Assembly (NCBI GenBank): GCA_002269645.1
Contig: NIVC01004764.1
Coordinates: 1-35,618, forward strand
Reading direction: 5' to 3'
Length of the DNA stretch: 35,618 bases
From: Macrostomum lignano
Lineage: Eukaryota
Shown here: in pieces, positions 33,765 through 35,618 of the stretch
Position numbering within the stretch: position 1 is the first letter of the stretch
How the letters are laid out: the number at the start of each line of letters is the position of its first letter
Program-made: the position numbers and the translations under genes
The notes under the pieces: generated by a model
The model's database searches: none
What the model was told of the DNA's origin: nothing
Seen by the model: the letters and a program-made list of their open reading frames with translations, nothing else

Positions 33765-34358
33765 GGGTCTAACCATTAGACAGGCAGGTTTAACCATTAG
33801 ACAGGCAGGTTTAACCATTAGAAAGGCAAGTTTAACCATTAGACAGGCAGGTTTAACCATTAGACAGGCAGGTTTAACCATTAGACAGGCAGGTTTAACC
33901 ATTAGAAAAGCAAGTTTAACCATTAGACAGGCAGGTTTAACCATTAGACAGGGAGGTTTAACCATTAGACAGGGAGGTTTAACCATTAGAAAGGCAAGTT
34001 TAACCATTAGACAGGCAGGTTTAACCATTAGACAGGCAGGTTTAACCATTAGACAGGCAGGTTTAACCATTAGAAAAGCAAGTTTAACCATTAGACAGGC
34101 AGGTTTAACCATTAGACAGGGAGGTTTAACCATTAGACAGGCAGGTTTAACCATTAGACAGGCAGGTTTAACCATTAGACAGGCAGGTTTAACCATTAGA
34201 CAGGCAGGTTTAACCATTAGACAGGCAGGTTTAACCATTAGACAGGCAGGTTTAACCATTAGACAGGCAGGTTTAACCATTAGACAGGCAGGTTTAACCA
34301 TTAGACAGGCATGTTTAACCATTAGACAGGCAGGTTTAACCATTAGACAGGCAGGTTT
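33765..34358. repeat. Minisatellite, 21 bp unit (AGGCAGGTTTAACCATTAGAC)
   Basis: About 28 copies. Confidence 0.98.
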
Positions 34359-35009
34359 AGCACTAGTTAATAAACACTAACAGACACTATACACTAGTAA
34401 ATGCCTGTAATGCAGTCGCTTGTAAACCAGCTTCTGGCTCCAGGCCTCCTTGGCACAACAGAAATATTATTATGGGAAGGCCACAAGGAACATAAACGTT
34501 GGTGCCTTGCATAGAAGAGGCAGGCCGCGGTCTGCTAGAGAGGGGGGAATAAAAATCTGCTTCGAAATCCCCCCGACAGACTGCATAATAAAACCCGGGC
34601 GAGCTGGTGATGCAGGCCATTGCGGCTCCGCTGCCCACTCTGTCAGCCTCTCGCGGTTAGAAGCTCAGAGGTTTGATGAGGGACCTTGATGGGAGAAATT
34701 CATGGTAAGCTGAGGCGGATATAGACAGCCATATAAGTCGCATTTTATGTCCGCACGGAGCGGCGGCTTTCTTTTCGGGCGTTTCGGCAAAAGCAGAAGA
34801 CACACAGACAGAAGAAAGCAACGCTGAAGGATTCGTGCGCGCTGCTTTCAGACTGCAGGGGGTATTAAAAACTCTCAATCTGAAAGGCAACCAAATTTGA
34901 TTGCTTGAATTGCTGCATATTCATAAATGAGTAATGATCTCAACCGCTGCCAATTCGGTGTGTTGGTGAATTAAGGAACCGCGGTGAATGCAAAAAAGGA
35001 CCAGTGAAT

Positions 35010-35520
35010 GCTTGATCTTGATCAGTGAATCTTAAGAAGAGATCAGTGAATCCTGAGTGAATCCTGAGCAAAGATAAGTGAATCCTGAGAAAAGATCAGT
35101 GAGTCCTGAGCAAAGATCAGTGAGTCCTGAGCAAAGATCAGTGAATCCTGAACGAAGATCAGTGAGTCCTGAGCAAATATCAGTGAGTCTGAGCAAAGAT
35201 CAGTGAGTCTGAGCAAAGATCAGTGAGTCCTGAGCAAGATCAGTGAGTCCTGAGCAAAGATCAGTGAGTCCTGAGAAAAGATCAGTGAATCCTGAGAAAA
35301 GATCAGTGAATCCTGAGCAAAGACCAGTGAGTCCTGAACGAAGATCAGTGAATCCTGAACGAAGATCAGTGAATCCTGAGCAAAGATCAGTGATCCTGAA
35401 CGAAGATCAGTGAGTCCTGAGCAAATATCAGTGAGTCCTGAGCAAAGATCAGTGAGCCTGAGCAAAGATCAGTGAGTCCTGAGCAAAGATCAGTGAGTCC
35501 TGAACGAAGATCAGTGAATC
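35010..35520. repeat. Minisatellite, about 21 bp unit (GATCAGTGAGTCCTGAGCAAA)
   Basis: About 24 copies. Confidence 0.97.
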
Positions 35521-35618
35521 TTAAACATGCACGCCTCAATAAACAGTATAGTATTAAATTCCTGCATTTGTGAATTTGAAGCAAAGGTAAGGTAAGTGCG
35601 CAGTGAGTTAGAAGGAGA

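Noticed and set aside
34380-35618. GC-rich segment 34400-34900 and tandem donor-like AAGGTAAGGTAAGT at the window end
   Set aside because: No recognisable protein in any frame; cannot be evaluated without downstream sequence.

Overview
Eukaryotic (metazoan) genomic DNA with GC-rich exons and GT-AG introns. About 45% of the window (about 16 kb by my tally) is some 25 mutually unrelated mini- and microsatellite arrays. This texture resembles what is reported for the flatworm Macrostomum; that assignment is inference only. Supported genes: (1) CPSF3/CPSF73, 5'-truncated, three exons on +, with two single-base frameshifts; (2) DESI2/PPPDE1, two exons on +, complete, with a splice acceptor 1 nt before its ATG; (3) an intronless DUF1294/YsdA-like membrane protein on +; (4) an unannotated-looking p75NTR/NGFR-like death receptor on the minus strand, split over about 10 kb (about 31180 to 21000). 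The receptor has four complete TNFR cysteine-rich domains (24 Cys), a stalk, a transmembrane helix containing IPVYC, a DSG motif, a death domain and a polyQ tail. No single ORF in the track shows the whole receptor. Most long ORFs in the track are artefacts of tandem repeats. I found no rRNA, tRNA, CRISPR array or recognisable transposon ORF.
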